From the NCBI RefSeq assembly GCF_004010195.1, contig NC_057751.1, forward strand, positions 7,184,133 through 7,248,132: DNA of 64,000 nt. The letters run 5' to 3'. Shown here piece by piece: positions 1 through 13,056 of this stretch (positions are counted from its first letter, which is position 1; the number at the start of each line of letters is the position of its first letter). Both the position numbers and the translations under genes were made by a program. This DNA comes from Chiloscyllium plagiosum. Taxonomy: Eukaryota. A model generated the notes under the pieces. The model saw nothing but the letters and a program-made list of their open reading frames with translations. It made no database searches and was not told the origin of the DNA.

Positions 1-1037
1 AGAGGATCAAATGGCCGCCTCTTGGTATTATTTCCTAAAAGAGGAAATACTGCAGAAATAGGGAAAAAAGGGGAAGGTGCACTCATTCATTGAAAAGTCG
101 ACAGGACCAGACTGCCTCAAATGTAAAATGGTGATTTCAGCCAAGATTTACATCATTAGGAATTGGGGTCAGACCGTTCTTGCTGCTTGGTGTTCAATTT
201 GGTCAATGAGTGACGAAACAGATGCAGATTCTGAAACAAAAGTCACACCTATCCTGCAGACGGAAGCAAATGATTGATCTCTCCCTTGTTTGTGTGCAGT
301 GTGCTGTCAGACAGCTGTTTGTGGCAGGTTGAGAACAGCCATCAGGAACTTGGAACACTGCCTAGTGGCCTCCTGTCCTACTTGTTAACTAAGTGGGCCA
401 CAGCTTCTCTGCCGCTCTCCAGACAAAGTCCTCCACAGAGTGGGCAACCTCTCCCCTCCTCAAACCAGGGCACAGCCTTTAAATATGGAGAAACAGGCAG
501 CACAGCAGCCTCTCCGTCCACCTTGTAAACCGTCTAGTAACACTGTCTGACAGAGCACAGCAGCAATCAGGAGACATCAAGTTTCCCACAGATCGGTCAG
601 TGGCCAGCTGATGTTTCTGCAGTTCCCCAATTCCAAACAAACAGACTTTGCATCACAAAAGAAGTGCCATTTGATGAACCGGTCAGTAACAGCTCCCGAC
701 CCGATCAAATCAAACCAACCCTGAATCTACTATTCCCAGAAAAGTCGGAAGCAACCAGATGGCCGACTTGGATCTTAGACTCTCCTGTCGTTGCAAATTC
801 CTATCAGGCCATCTTAACACCCGATTTGCATTTGAACTCATTTCAGCGGAGGCTGAGGGGTACCACCCTACCCTCTTAAGTTAGAAAGGCTATGGGTTCA
901 AATCTCTCTCCAGAAACTTCAACGTAAGAAAGGGAGATTGGCACTCCACTGTAGCAATTAGGAGTACTGCACTCGCTTTTGGCCTGAGACCTGAAACGAA
1001 GGACCCCACCTCAGGTCGAAGTACAGGTTCCTATGGG

Positions 1038-1220
1038 GTTGAGAGTGTGGTGCTAGAAACGCACAGCAGGTCAGGCAGCATCCGAGGAGCAGGAAAATTG
1101 ATGATCAAGAGCTAATGCCCGAAACGTCGATTTTCCTGCTCCTCAGATGCTGCCTGAACTGCTGTGCTTTTCCAGCACCACACACGACTGCATCTGCATC
1201 CGCCTCCTCACTTTCGCCTA
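1038..1220. mobile_element. Palindromic Penelope terminal mini-element
   Basis: ~60-bp inverted arms (GCACAGCAGGTCAGGCAGCATCCGAGGAGCAGGAAAAT and its complement) around a partial GCCCGAAACGTC. Confidence 0.78.
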
Positions 1221-1254
1221 GACTCCTACGGATACTACTGAAAGATAAGTCAGG

Positions 1255-1510
1255 TCTTGGCAATGTACAGCATGGAAACAGACCCTTTGGTCCAACTTGT
1301 CCATGCCGACCAGATATTCTAAATTAATCTAGTCCCATTTGCCAACACTTGGCCCATATCCCTCTGAACCCTTCCTATTCATATTCCCATCCAGATGCCT
1401 TTTAAACGTTGTCGTTGTCCCAGCTCCACTATTTCCTCTGGCAGCTCATTCCACACGTGCATCACCCTTTGCATGAAAAAAGTTGCCCCTAAGATTCCTT
1501 TTAAATCTTT
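1255..1510 (-). mobile_element. CR1 3'-end fragment
   Basis: Reverse complement of the CR1 tail seen at 8.7 and 17.3 kb. Similar pieces lie at 31665-31763 and 36860-37092. Confidence 0.78.
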
Positions 1511-2239
1511 GGTTCAAAGCAATCGCATGTCACAAATACCATTGGAAATGTAATGATTTGATCGTTGATCATATTTTCTCCAAGACCTGGTCCATAAATT
1601 CCTTTGGGACATTGTGCAAGCTACTCTGTAAACTCCAGTTAAAAATCGTTGACCTTGGCCTTGAAAACCTGCCACCTTCTTCACAGTTGTAGCCCGATTG
1701 TAAGCTTACAGGCAGACGCATGAACTGCTGATACATATTCTGGATTGTTAGTGCGCACTGCTTTGCTCTACCATGATCTGCCCCATTTCACAAGACCAAG
1801 TTCAACACTGCTGAACAAAGGACATAATCACGACCAGTTTATTGGCTGATAGGGGAATCTTGCTGTGCACACTTTGCTGCCATGATCACTTGAAGAGCCA
1901 TAAATCTTTTGGGAAACGTTGTGAGGATGTGAAAGGCAAGTTGCAAATGCAAGTATTTCTTTGTATGCCTGCACCACTCTTCCTTCATCCACCCTGCACA
2001 TGGCACTCATCTCCTTACAGTGAGACTAGGCGAAAGTGAGGACTGCAGATGCTGGAGATCAGAGTCAAGATTAGAGGGGCGCTAGAAAAGCACAGCAGGT
2101 CAGGCAGTATCCGAGGAGCAGGAAAATAACTCGCGTGAATGCACATCGGTTCAGCAGACCCAGAAAACCACATGAAGGAAGGATTGGCCCAACTATTTAA
2201 TGGGGGAATAGATAAGCCAAAATAAGCCATGGGACTCAC

Positions 2240-2330
2240 CCTTGAGAGGTTCCTGCTCGTTCTGTAAGATGTCAATCAGGGAGTTCTCCAGTGAGTGCAT
2301 GTTGAACGTATCGTATGGGTGCGTCCATTC
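2240..2330 (-). CDS. CPEB2/3/4-subfamily second coding exon (91 nt; EWTHPYDTFNMHSLENSLIDILQNEQEPLKG)
   Basis: Acceptor tttgcag| at 2331 and donor |gtgagt at 2239; the phase 0 start matches the upstream exon. It resembles CPEB3 DRSRPYDTFNLHSLENSLMDMIRTDHEPLKG. The downstream RRM/ZZ exons were not found and probably lie left of the window. Confidence 0.92.
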
Positions 2331-4544
2331 CTGCAAAGGAAAAACATTTTCAGAAAAGAAACTATTAAACCGAGGAAGGAGATGGGAACAGCACAGAGGA
2401 TGCAAAGAAGTTACAATCACTCATTTTGATGTTACTAATCAGTGCTGATAGCACATTCCTTAAAACAAGTGCGTACAGCAAAATTGTTTTCCGTGGAAAC
2501 TATCTTTTACTTAGTTATTTCCTCTCCTCCCTGGTCATTGTGAACTTTTGGGGTCAGGGCCCATGGGTACCAGAAGCTCTGCATGGTGTCTGGATGGAGA
2601 CCAATCCTTGTGGGAGCCTGGAGGATGGGTCCATACCCCTTAATGCAGCTTTTCTCCTCACCAGAACACAGTCGAGTCCAAGGGTGAATACATGCCATTC
2701 TGGATTACTAAGTGCTTGTCCTTCACTTACTGCCCTTAATTCTGGCTTTGTCTCCAAGTGGAAACATTCTATACATCAACTTTCACCTTGACACTGCACA
2801 TCATTCCCTTATCTCATCAGAATGCCATCTGATCAGTCCACTCTCCAGTTGATCGGTGTTTCAAATAATGAAGGGAGGGTTTGGATAAAACAATTAAAGA
2901 CAAACTGTTCCCGTCGGCTCAAGGGTGTGGAGCCAGAGGTCATAGACTTGTGACTGACAAAAATGAAAGCATTGACAACTTAGTGGACATCATTTTTAAG
3001 TGTAGCTAGTACCTGGGACTGCATTGCTCCAGTGGATGCAAATTGCAAAAAAAAACACACACAGGATCTTTACCTGAAGGGGTAAAAAAGAATCAAAAGC
3101 CCACAGGGGAAAGCTAGAGGATGGGGGCTATGAGCTGTTGTTGAGAAAACCAGGAAAGAGACAATGAACCAAATGGTCATGTTTTCTGCTGTATCCATTC
3201 TATCATTCTACTTTCTTCCTCCTCCACTTTCCTTTCTGGCCTCAAATGATGTCATTTGTCGAATGAATGAGACCGATGAAAGCAAGTGCAATACAGCACT
3301 TTGTGAAAAGCACACAGGAGGCTTGTGATACTGAATAAAGTGGCTGAGTCACTGGTGAATAACAGAACCTGGCAGAGTTGAAGAAGAGGTTACAGAGCAG
3401 GAGGAGGAAGAAACTAAACACCAGCCAGCTCCCATCAGCAAGGCCAGTCACACAGCCTGTTCAGCAGCTTCCTCCCCTTTCTTGCTGAAGGTGTATTCTA
3501 GTTTATTCACCTTCTTTACCTTGACGGTGCTGGAGAGTACAGTCAATATATTCGATTTCGACGAACAAAATTGGTTAGGTGCAGAGGGGGCATGGATATC
3601 ATGGCTTTGGGGTGAGGGCCCAAGATTGAGTTGAGCAAAATTCAAGAGAGTTAGGCCAAGTGACCTCATTCTGCACTGTAATCCTATCCCTCTAGTCTGG
3701 TTACACAGGCACCTCGCATGACCTGGTACCACACACATTCGTTGCAAGAACACACACAGTATCAAATGATTGTTTTTGCAATGGGGTGGGGGTGGGGGAG
3801 GTGTTGCAAGCTATTAAAAACATTTCTCTCAGGGAGGCAGTGATTGACAGGACATGAGTATCCACCGGGGACTGATCAGAAACTTGAACCCTAATTTCCG
3901 CCTGCGACGACCCCTCAAGGTCAATTCCCAACAGACAACTGGAAACTCCATGTGAATCACCTCATTGCACACTGATTTGAGATCAAACTTGTGTGGTTCA
4001 ACTCAACCAATTCCATAAGTTTGCTGGATAAGTTACACTGAAGTCGTTTGGTTGAAAATGCTTCATATAGTTCTGTTAGACAAGGGCAGGCCAACGTGTC
4101 TGTCAGTGAAGGCAACACCTTCATGGGATGAGGTGTCCGCCCTCATAATGAAAGGCTGATTCAACCGCATCTACAAGATTGTTCTTCCAAGTAGCTAATG
4201 ATCTAAAGGCAATACAGCCCTTCTGGTACAGTAGTAATGTCTCTGTGGGCCAGGAGATCTGGTTCAAGGTTTTGGCAAGAGGTGCAGCTCGGACAGGCAG
4301 AAAAATTTACTTTGTGCAGAGCAACTCTATGCCTCGAAGAATGGTGGAATTGGAGAAAATTCATTATTTCAAAAGGAAACACGCTGATTTAAAATTGGAG
4401 AAGTAGGCCATTTGGCCCCTTGAGCTAGCTCCACCATTCCATGAAATCATGTGTAATAATCTGCTTCCATGCTATTTTCCTGCACTATCCCATATCCTTC
4501 AGTGTATTTTGGAACTTTGAACTGACAAAGAATAGGAGTGGAGA

Positions 4545-4746
4545 CAAATGCAGGTGCTGGAATCTAAGGAGACAAGCAGGAGGCTGGAAGAACACAGCAA
4601 GCCAAGGCAGCATCAGGTGGTGAAGTCCAAGTTCCACGTATAATCCTTCGTCAGGACTGTCCTGAAGAAGGGTTACACTTCTCCACATTGGCTTCTCCAC
4701 CTTCTGATGCTGCCTGGCTTGCTGTGTCCTTCCAACCTCCTGCTTG
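4545..4746. mobile_element. Palindromic Penelope terminal mini-element centred on TCAGGACTGTCCTGA
   Basis: Arms CAAGCAGGAGGCTGGAAGAACACAGCAAGCCA and TGGCTTGCTGTGTCCTTCCAACCTCCTGCTTG, with degenerate CTGA(A/C)GAAGG cores facing outward from the centre. Confidence 0.72.
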
Positions 4747-6197
4747 AAGAGCAGGAGGAGACCATTCAGCAAGATAATGGCAGATTTGCTCATGGTCTCA
4801 ACTCCATTTCCCCAAGTGTGCCACATACCCCTCTCCCGATAACTCGTGACTCACTTGCTTATCAAAAAACTAATGAACCAGCCTCCACTGCTTTCCAAGG
4901 AAGAGAATACCAACCACAAACAAACCACAAAGAGAACATTTTTTTTCTCACTGTCATCCTAAGTAAGAAGCCTCTAATTTTAAAACTGTCTCTTATTCTA
5001 GTCTCTCTCTGTTTAATGTCAAGAAGTCAATGTCGGGCTGCTTTCAGGCATTAGCATTTTCTCTGTCTCTGAGCCAAAGGTTCAACAAAATCGCTGTCTG
5101 GAAGATACAAATTTGATGAGCACCTAAGGGAAAGAAACTTTTAGAACTACAGAGGCTGAGGAACTAAATAGGAATGGATTAGGTTGCTGTACAGAGAGCT
5201 AGCTCCATTGCAATGACTCTCATTGAATTCAGGCAGACGTGGGTTTAAGTTCCATTCCTGAGACTTGGGCAAAGACTCCAGACTAAACACTGGCGCAATA
5301 CTGAGGGAGAGGTGTACTGTTGGAAGTGCATTCTTCAAGTAAGATGTTAACCAGAAACACTCTGATCTCTCCAGTGTGTTTGACAAAGATCTCAGGACAC
5401 TAAGCAAAGCAAGGTCATACCTTGGTCTACATATATTCCTGCCAACATGAAATAAAATACAGTCGGATTACCTGGTCATTTAACTCGAAGTATTTTGACG
5501 GATGCTGTGTGCAAACTGGCTCACGCACTTTTTACATGACAATGGTGCTTGCAGTTTTAAAAACGGTGCTGCATTAATACAAGTTTGCTTGCTTGTTCCC
5601 TCACAACCTGTCCCTTTGCATGAACCGGGTGAGCGAAATTGTGGGTGACAGGAGCATATAATGACATCTCTACTTGGATTTTTGGGCCAGCAACAAGACG
5701 TGGCTTGGGATAGAGACAATTTTCTGCAACTTAAATGTTTAAGTAGCTATTTGATAAGGATTTTCAAGTTGTAAAATGGCAGATATCATGGAGAGGCACT
5801 ATTTCCCATACAAAAGAGAATTGTAGAATAATTAAATTACAACTGTTCAATCGTGAAATTACAAAATGGTAACTGGTGGAAGGGTGGTGGAAGCCTGGAA
5901 CTTTCATTTACAAATGGTAGTTGATGCCCTATCAATTTTAAGTTTCAACTCCTGAACTCTTAGATTTTATTACACGAAGATTGTACAGGATGTGGGGCAA
6001 TGCCACTACCTAGGTATATTCTTATTCAAAAGCCAAGCAGGTTCAAGGGTCTGGACAGTGTCCTCCTATTTTTGAGGGACTTGCGAATAGGACAGGACTC
6101 GCGAACCCTAATCATGGAATTGGTACTTCTTTCTCCCGATGACACCTCACATAACAAACTTCTCATAGTGGTTTGGAAAAACTATGGGCCAGAAATT

Positions 6198-6384
6198 TCT
6201 CCTGTCATATGGTCTCAGGCTTCCCAAAGCATCAGTCCACACAGACCAAACTCTCCTGTCATATGGTCTCAGGCTTCCCAAAGTATCAGTCCACACAGAC
6301 CAAACTCTCCTGTCATATGGTCTCAGGCTTCCCAAAGCATCAGTCCACACAGACCAAACTCTCCTGTCATATGGTCTCAGGCTT
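6198..6384. repeat. Minisatellite: 54-bp unit x ~3.5 (TCTCCTGTCATATGGTCTCAGGCTTCCCAAAGCATCAGTCCACACAGACCAAAC)
   Basis: Units start at 6198, 6252, 6306 and 6360, with one substitution among them. This explains the repetitive ORFs in four frames. Confidence 0.97.
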
Positions 6385-8189
6385 GAACAAAGTTGTGCAA
6401 CGGAGCAGTGCTTCCAGGAAATCTTCTGGAAAAGCCGAGGTTTTAGCCAAATGGTGTGCTTGACTCGTGGTGACACTGAACTGCAGAAATAGTATTTCTG
6501 AGTGAGTACGTTTACAGCTCTAGTTGGGTGAGCAATAGACAATGCCAGCTTTATGAGACTGGAGTTATTCCTGTGTTATGTATTGTTGTCATGATGTGTA
6601 GGAGCCGGTGTTGGACTGGGGTGGTTATAGTCCAACAGGTTTATTTGGAAACACTAGCTTTCAGAGTGCTGCTCCTTTGTCAGGTTGCTATGGATCCTGT
6701 TGAGGATTCGAACCTGGGTCCCCAGAACATTATCTGGGTGTCTGCATGAACAGTCCAATGATAATACCACTGAGCCACTGCATCCCAATTCCATTACATT
6801 GCTGCCTAACCACTGCTGCTAAACAGAGGACACACACTCATGGAACAACCCAATATGCCTCTCTTGACTGTCCCTTTGGTGAGAGCCAACACAGAAATGC
6901 CAACAGCACGTGGTGCTTTGTTCGGCAGGGGGAAGCTCACAGCCATCAGGAAAATGCATTTGGCCCTCTCATACAGCAGACAGGGAGGCAGTTCCACACA
7001 TGTTCCTGCACCAATCCTTTGTTTCAACAATGAAATGGAATCAAATTGTTCTTTTTTTGGCCCCCAGTTATGTACTGGAGCATGCAGTGCTTTGTCACAG
7101 GGAGAGGCCAAGTCAGAAAACTGTACTTTTTGGAGATTGAACAGGCAAAGGTCTGTTTGAAGAAAGGAAAACACAATGCTTTGAAGTAAGACTATCAGGC
7201 CATTCTGGTTGCACAGTCATAGCATGGTATCATCCAACAGTCCATGAAACCTCTGCCAAATGTTTGGTAGCCCTCTCATTCGTGCCTTTAAAATGAGTGT
7301 ACTCTTACTTTACACACATCAACTGCAGGGAATTCCAACTCTGCTTCCCAAAACCTGGTGCTCATTACAAAAAACCTCCAGTCTTCCATATCTCAAGTCT
7401 CTATTCATATCTGACCACCATCCCCAGTAACACACCCAAGGACTGATGGTCTACAGCCTCACTGACTTTGGCCTGAATGCAGGCACCTCCCAGAAGCGAT
7501 CATTCCAAACTCTTCGCCATGACTTATCCTGGACAACTTTAGCACATTCCTGATCAAGAGCTTATGCTCAAAACATCGACTCTCCTGCTCCTTAATTGCT
7601 CTCTGCAAGGTAATGAAATGGGAACATCAACTGAGGAATGGAGAAAAGCAAAGCACCAGAGCAATTTAAATAGCCAATTCCCCATGTTATCTCCATGCTT
7701 TATCCAACAGAAAAAACAAATGATGTTGTCATGATCACACTGTTGTTTGACAGCTTACCACGTGTAAACGGATTGTAGCATTTCCTACATTGCAATAGTG
7801 CTTGTACTTCAACAGGACTTAACTGTGTCACCACATTTGACTTGTTTGTTTCGAAAATTGGTGAGTTATTTATGCAACATCTGTCATCCATGTTAATGTT
7901 TCAAAAGAAGTTTTATAAATGGACAATTTAAAAGAGCTCACTTATAATTACAAATTTCGTATAAAATTATGTCCTGGTACATTTGACCCGGTGGCCTTTG
8001 ACCTGCGCACAGTACTGACAGGAAGGAAATTAAGCAAAATGCTATGTGCCTTTCAGACACAAAGGAGAACTATGACCAGAGGAGCTGGAGAGTTAAGGCA
8101 ATCAGCACACAGAAGCCAAGTGCAACCAATCAGAAACAGGAGAGGGAACACAGAAAATTTCTTCCGAGCTGCAAAACTGTGCAAGGAAA

Positions 8190-8838
8190 ACTCAAGGCAC
8201 GAAAGAGCTGGGTGTTTTCGCTTGGTTTCATTGCTCAAACCTTTGAGTACACGAGTTGAGACATCATACTGAGGTTGTACAGGACATGGATGACGCCTCT
8301 TCTGGACTACTTTGTGCCCTTTTGATTGCCCCACTTTAGGAAGGATACTATTAAATTGGAGAGGGTTCAGAACAGATTTACCAAGATGTTGCCAGGAATG
8401 AAGGGCTTGAGTTATAACACAGGCTGTAAAGGCTGGGATGTTTTTCACTGGAGTGTATGAGATTGAGGAGTGACCATATAGAGGTTTATAAAATCCTGAG
8501 GGGCAGAGATAAGGTGAATAGCAAGGGTCTTTTCCCTCGGGTGGGGGAGTTCTGAACCGGGGGCATATCTTTAAAGGGAGAGGAAAAAACGTTTTAGAAA
8601 GGATACGAGGCGCACAAAGTGTGATTGGTGTGTGGAAATGAATTACCAAAGGAAGTGGTGAATGCAGAAACAGTCACAACATTTCAACAATATTTGGATC
8701 AAAACACAAGTAGGAACGATTTGGAAGGATATGGGCGAAACACAGGCATGTGGGACTAGTTTAGTTTGGGAACATGGTTGACTTGGACTAGTTGGACCGA
8801 AGGGTGCATTTACATGATATATGACTCCGTGACTCTAA
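8190..8838 (+). mobile_element. CR1 3' fragment
   Basis: Similar to the 3' part of the 15.5-17.3 kb CR1; ends in a GACTCC/GACTCT tail. Confidence 0.8.
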
Positions 8839-9919
8839 GTGGTCAAATCCTATTCCGGCATCATGACCAAAGTCAGAGATAAGGGTGCCTTGCTAATGGT
8901 AATTGTACCAGTGAAATTTAAATGGTGAAAGCTATTGTCAGTTAAGGCTCATGTATCCTCTTGAATAAAGTGCAGCACTCTGTCGATCTGTATAGTTACA
9001 TGATGCCATATTTGTGCATGGGGCAATGTGAGGGCTTGTGGTTGCACAAGACCCAGCTTTGTTCTGTGGACAACAGAATTTAAAGTGAAATTTGTCTTCT
9101 TGTTGGAAATATCCTTGACCTGCTAGTTCTGCAAATCTGAGTGTTGGTTCGAATTCTGTTTGAATTAATAGCGACACAAAGTGGAACCCTGTTGCCAATG
9201 TCTTCAATTGGGGGTGATTCAGTAAATTTGGTTAGGTTGATTTCCAATGCAGGGATTGTAACAATTGGCGATAAAATACTCATGAATCATGCAGATTTAC
9301 CTATTCTAACACGAGAACTCGATTGTCTGTTTAGCCGTCTCTGGCATGCTTTTCATTCCAAATTCTGAGAAAATATTCTGACTTGATTTTTTTTCAACCA
9401 ATGCATCAATTGTCTGCACTTCTCAATAAGGAGTTGGATTGGCATCTATCTGATTGTTATACTAATAATCCTCTCAGCATTACAAGACAACAGGTCTGCT
9501 TTGGCCCTGCATCCCCCTGATTAAATAGCCTGAATTCAAATAATTCATGAGTAGTACTGTATGGATATGTACACCCAGCCATTCCAGCACAAATTTTTGG
9601 CAAATACTGTAGTGCAGAACTGGATATGCTTTCTTTTAGATTAGATATAAAACCATCTGGACTCTCAGGTGGACCCATATATTAAAAAACAAGATGTCAT
9701 GGAACTGTTACAAAGACAAGGGTGCTGGCAGTATATCCTTCATGCAGTCACCAAAGTCAGAAGTCACACAACACCAGGTGATAATCCAACAGCTTTAGCT
9801 GAAATCACAATGATGTGTTGGACTATGAGCTGGTATCATGTGAATTTGATTTTGTTCACCCCGGTCCAACACCATACCTCCACATCAGCCAGTGACCAAT
9901 GCCTGTCCCTCAATCATCA

Positions 9920-10080
9920 CCACCAGAACACAGATTATTTGGCCATTTCCACGTTTTCTTTGTGTGAGCTTGCTGTGTGTGAACAGTGAGTGTACACTTC
10001 AAAAAGCACTCGATTGGATGTAAAGCACTCTGGAAAGCACAAAGTTGTCAAAGACACCATGCAAATGCAGGCTCTTCCTT
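9920..10080 (+). mobile_element. Old DeuSINE-like 3' fragment
   Basis: cttgctgtgtg...cttcaaaaagcact..attggatgtaaagcact motif. Similar decayed copies lie at ~1850-1960, ~5240-5600, ~13580-13745 and ~30240-30540 (-). Confidence 0.45.
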
Positions 10081-12136
10081 GCTTTAAACCATTCAGAGCA
10101 ATACCTGTTTGCTCCAACTTAGTTTCCTGTCTACCAGCCAACTTTCTTTCCATGCTGTTGCATTTGCCCTCCTGCCGTCTGCCCGAGTTTCTCCAACTGG
10201 ACTCCTGTGGGACATGTGATCACACACCTTCTGCAAGTTAACATGGCACGGTTTATTACATTCTCCCCCCCCGCCCAACTTCACCAACCCAACCAGGCAA
10301 ATCTCCCAACAGACAATGAAAACACTCTCAAACACAACTTGCCTTCAACTGATTAACTCTTCCATTTCTAAATAAGCAGCAATTCCCTTTTAAATCTCAT
10401 GCGGCTGCCACATTTGCTATTTAAAAAAAAAGCTTTTGGCTCTAATCAACGTCTCGAGCGGGCTGCTGACAAGTGAAAATATCAAACCAAGAATTTATCC
10501 AGTGTTGGCAGCTCTGTATAATGCAGACATTTTCAACAGTTTTAGCACAGGAAGCTCTAAGTTTTATTACAAACACAACCAAATATTCACTTGAGGGCCT
10601 AGATTTAGGCTGCATGACCTTGGCTGTGATGTCAAACACTGATTAATTCACTTGCAAGCATTTCCAATTGCTTCATGTGAGATAACTATGTTGTCTGCAT
10701 CTGAGGAGAGACAATTTAGTCTGCAGTCCATTCTCGGATTTAGGAAGTGAGAAACCCTAGGCACAGTGCCCCAGACTCAGTCTAGGGAATGATTTCTGAA
10801 GGGTCATATGTTGCCACACCAGTGGGTAACTGCTCTGAGTGATATTGAACTTCAGCAGAAATAGAGAAGATATGACAATTGCGATTTATCTCGCACAAGG
10901 AATTTAAACATCCCATGACACTTCACAGAGAGGTGTGTAGTGAAACAAAAATTAACACCAAGCCACATGAGATATTTTGACAAACGACCAAATGTTTGAT
11001 TGTCTAAGGAGCACATTTTAAACAGTATTTCCGAAAAAGAGGAGGAGGGGAAAAGAGGAGGAGATGTTTGGGAGTAGGGCCAGAAGTGATTTGGGGGAGT
11101 TCACCAGAGCTTTGGGATCAAAAGTGGATGAAAGCAGAGATACAAACCATGGGTCAGATCAATTAGCTGACCCACAAAGTCAAGAGATGGTAGACTGCTC
11201 ATTTCTTTAAGCATTATAAAGTGTGAACAAGGTTACAGAAATAGGCAGGATAGAAGCCACAGAGGGATTTAAACACATGGATAAGAACTAATTGGCAAGA
11301 CAGAGGACAAGGGGAATTGGAAGCAAATGGTGTTAGCAAACATATCTAAGATCTGCACAGCAGCCCAATGGGGCAAACTGACGCTTAAGTTGGACGATAA
11401 TCATCAGCAACTGGCTATTCATCCAGCAGATGCATCACAGCCAAGCTCAAAGCAGCCCTCAACAGTGCTTATGAAAGCAGTGACAGGATGGAGATCAGAA
11501 ACAGAGCTGACCTACTCGCTGGCCCAGGGATCCAACATAGTGCATTCTGAACCACCCATTCAGAGTTACTTGGCTGTCACAAGCAACATAATATGTAAGC
11601 TTTATGGGCCACATGATTCACTGCAGAAAAACAGTCCTTTCCTCACCTTCAGACACACATCAATGAGCACCTGTGTTTCCCAACTCCCTGGATGCTGGTA
11701 CATAAGCTATAGAAAATTTTCTCTGACCTTCAGATTTCTGGCGAGACACTGCATCCAATAAATATGCAATCCTCATGTTAATTTTTTCTGAAAGAAAATG
11801 TTCCTGCTTCCGTGCAGTTGTCCTTAACACCTTAATCACCAAGTTCATTGGAAAGGCAGGTTTACAGGCAAACTTCCAAGTTCCTCCTGCACCTCTCTGG
11901 ATTTATTCCCACAAATGTCTGAGGCTGTAGTTGCTTTTATGTTTCTTTTTTGCAGCCCACGAGTGCCATTATGCACAACAGAATGACCATACCACACTAA
12001 AAACACTGTGACAATTTTTGTTTTAAAAGCTAGTAACCATCACTATGCATGTAGCTAATGGAATATTTACAAGCAATGCTGAAAAATGTGTTGCTGGAAA
12101 AGCGCAGCAGGTCAGCCAGCATCCAAGGACCAGGAG

Positions 12137-12171
12137 AATCGATGTTTCGGGCATAAGCCCTTCTTCAGGAA
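12137..12171 (-). ncRNA. Minimal hammerhead motif, sense to the CPEB-like pre-mRNA (GUC changed to AUC)
   Basis: UUC-CUGAAGA-A-GGGC-UUAU-GCCC-GAAAC-AUC-GAUU. Confidence 0.55.
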
Positions 12172-12960
12172 CGAGGAAGGTGTGCCAAGCGGGCTATGAT
12201 AAAAGGTAGGGAGGAGGGACTTGGGGGAGGGGCGTTGGGAATGCGATAGGTGGAAGGAGGTTAAGGTGAGGGTGATAGGCCGGAGAGGGGGTGGGGTCAG
12301 AGAGGTCGGGAAGAAGATTGAAGGTCAAGAAGGCGGTGCTGAGTCTGAGGGTTGGGACTGAGAAAAGGTGGGGGGAGGGGAAATGAGGAAGCTGGAGAAA
12401 TCTGCATTCATCCCTTCTGGTTGGAGGTTTCCTAGGCAGAAGATGAGGCGCTCTTCCTCCAGGCATCGTGTTACCATGGTCTGGCGATGGAAGAGGCCAA
12501 GGACCACCAACCCAACCTCCACTCCCAGCACTTTCTTTTGCAACCGTAAGAAATGCAAAACTTGCGCCCACACGTCCCCCCTCACTTCCCTCCAATGCCC
12601 CAAGGGATCCTTCCATATCCATCACAAATTCACCTGCATCTCCACACACATTTATTGCATCCACTGCATCCGACGTGGCCTCCTCTACATTGGGGAGACA
12701 GGCTGCCTACTTGCGGAACGTTTCAGAGAACACCTCTGGGACACTCACACCAACCAACCCAACCGCCCCGTGGCTCAACACTTCAACTCCCCCTCCCACT
12801 CTGCCAAGGACATGCAGGCCCTTGCCCTCCTCCATCGCCAGACCATGGCAACACGACGCCTGGAGGAAGAACGCCTCATCTTCCGCCGAGGAACCCTCCA
12901 ACCACAAGGGATGAATGCAGATTTCTACAGCTTCCTCATTTCCCCTCCCCCCACCTTATC

Positions 12961-13056
12961 NNNNNNNNNNNNNNNNNNNNNNNNNNNNNNNNNNNNNNNN
13001 NNNNNNNNNNNNNNNNNNNNNNNNNNNNNNNNNNNNNNNNNNNNNNNNNNNNNNNN
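12961..13056. other. Assembly gap (96 N)
   Basis: Run of N inside one arm of an inverted repeat. Confidence 1.

Noticed and set aside
190-270. Candidate next CPEB exon after the acceptor-like ttccgtctgcag at ~254
   Set aside because: In the required phase it gives an immediate TAG and has no similarity to the expected GR...HPG peptide.
6198-6384. CRISPR-like or repeat-protein interpretation of the 54-bp repeat
   Set aside because: The units are contiguous with no unique spacers, the context is a eukaryotic intron, and there are no cas genes.
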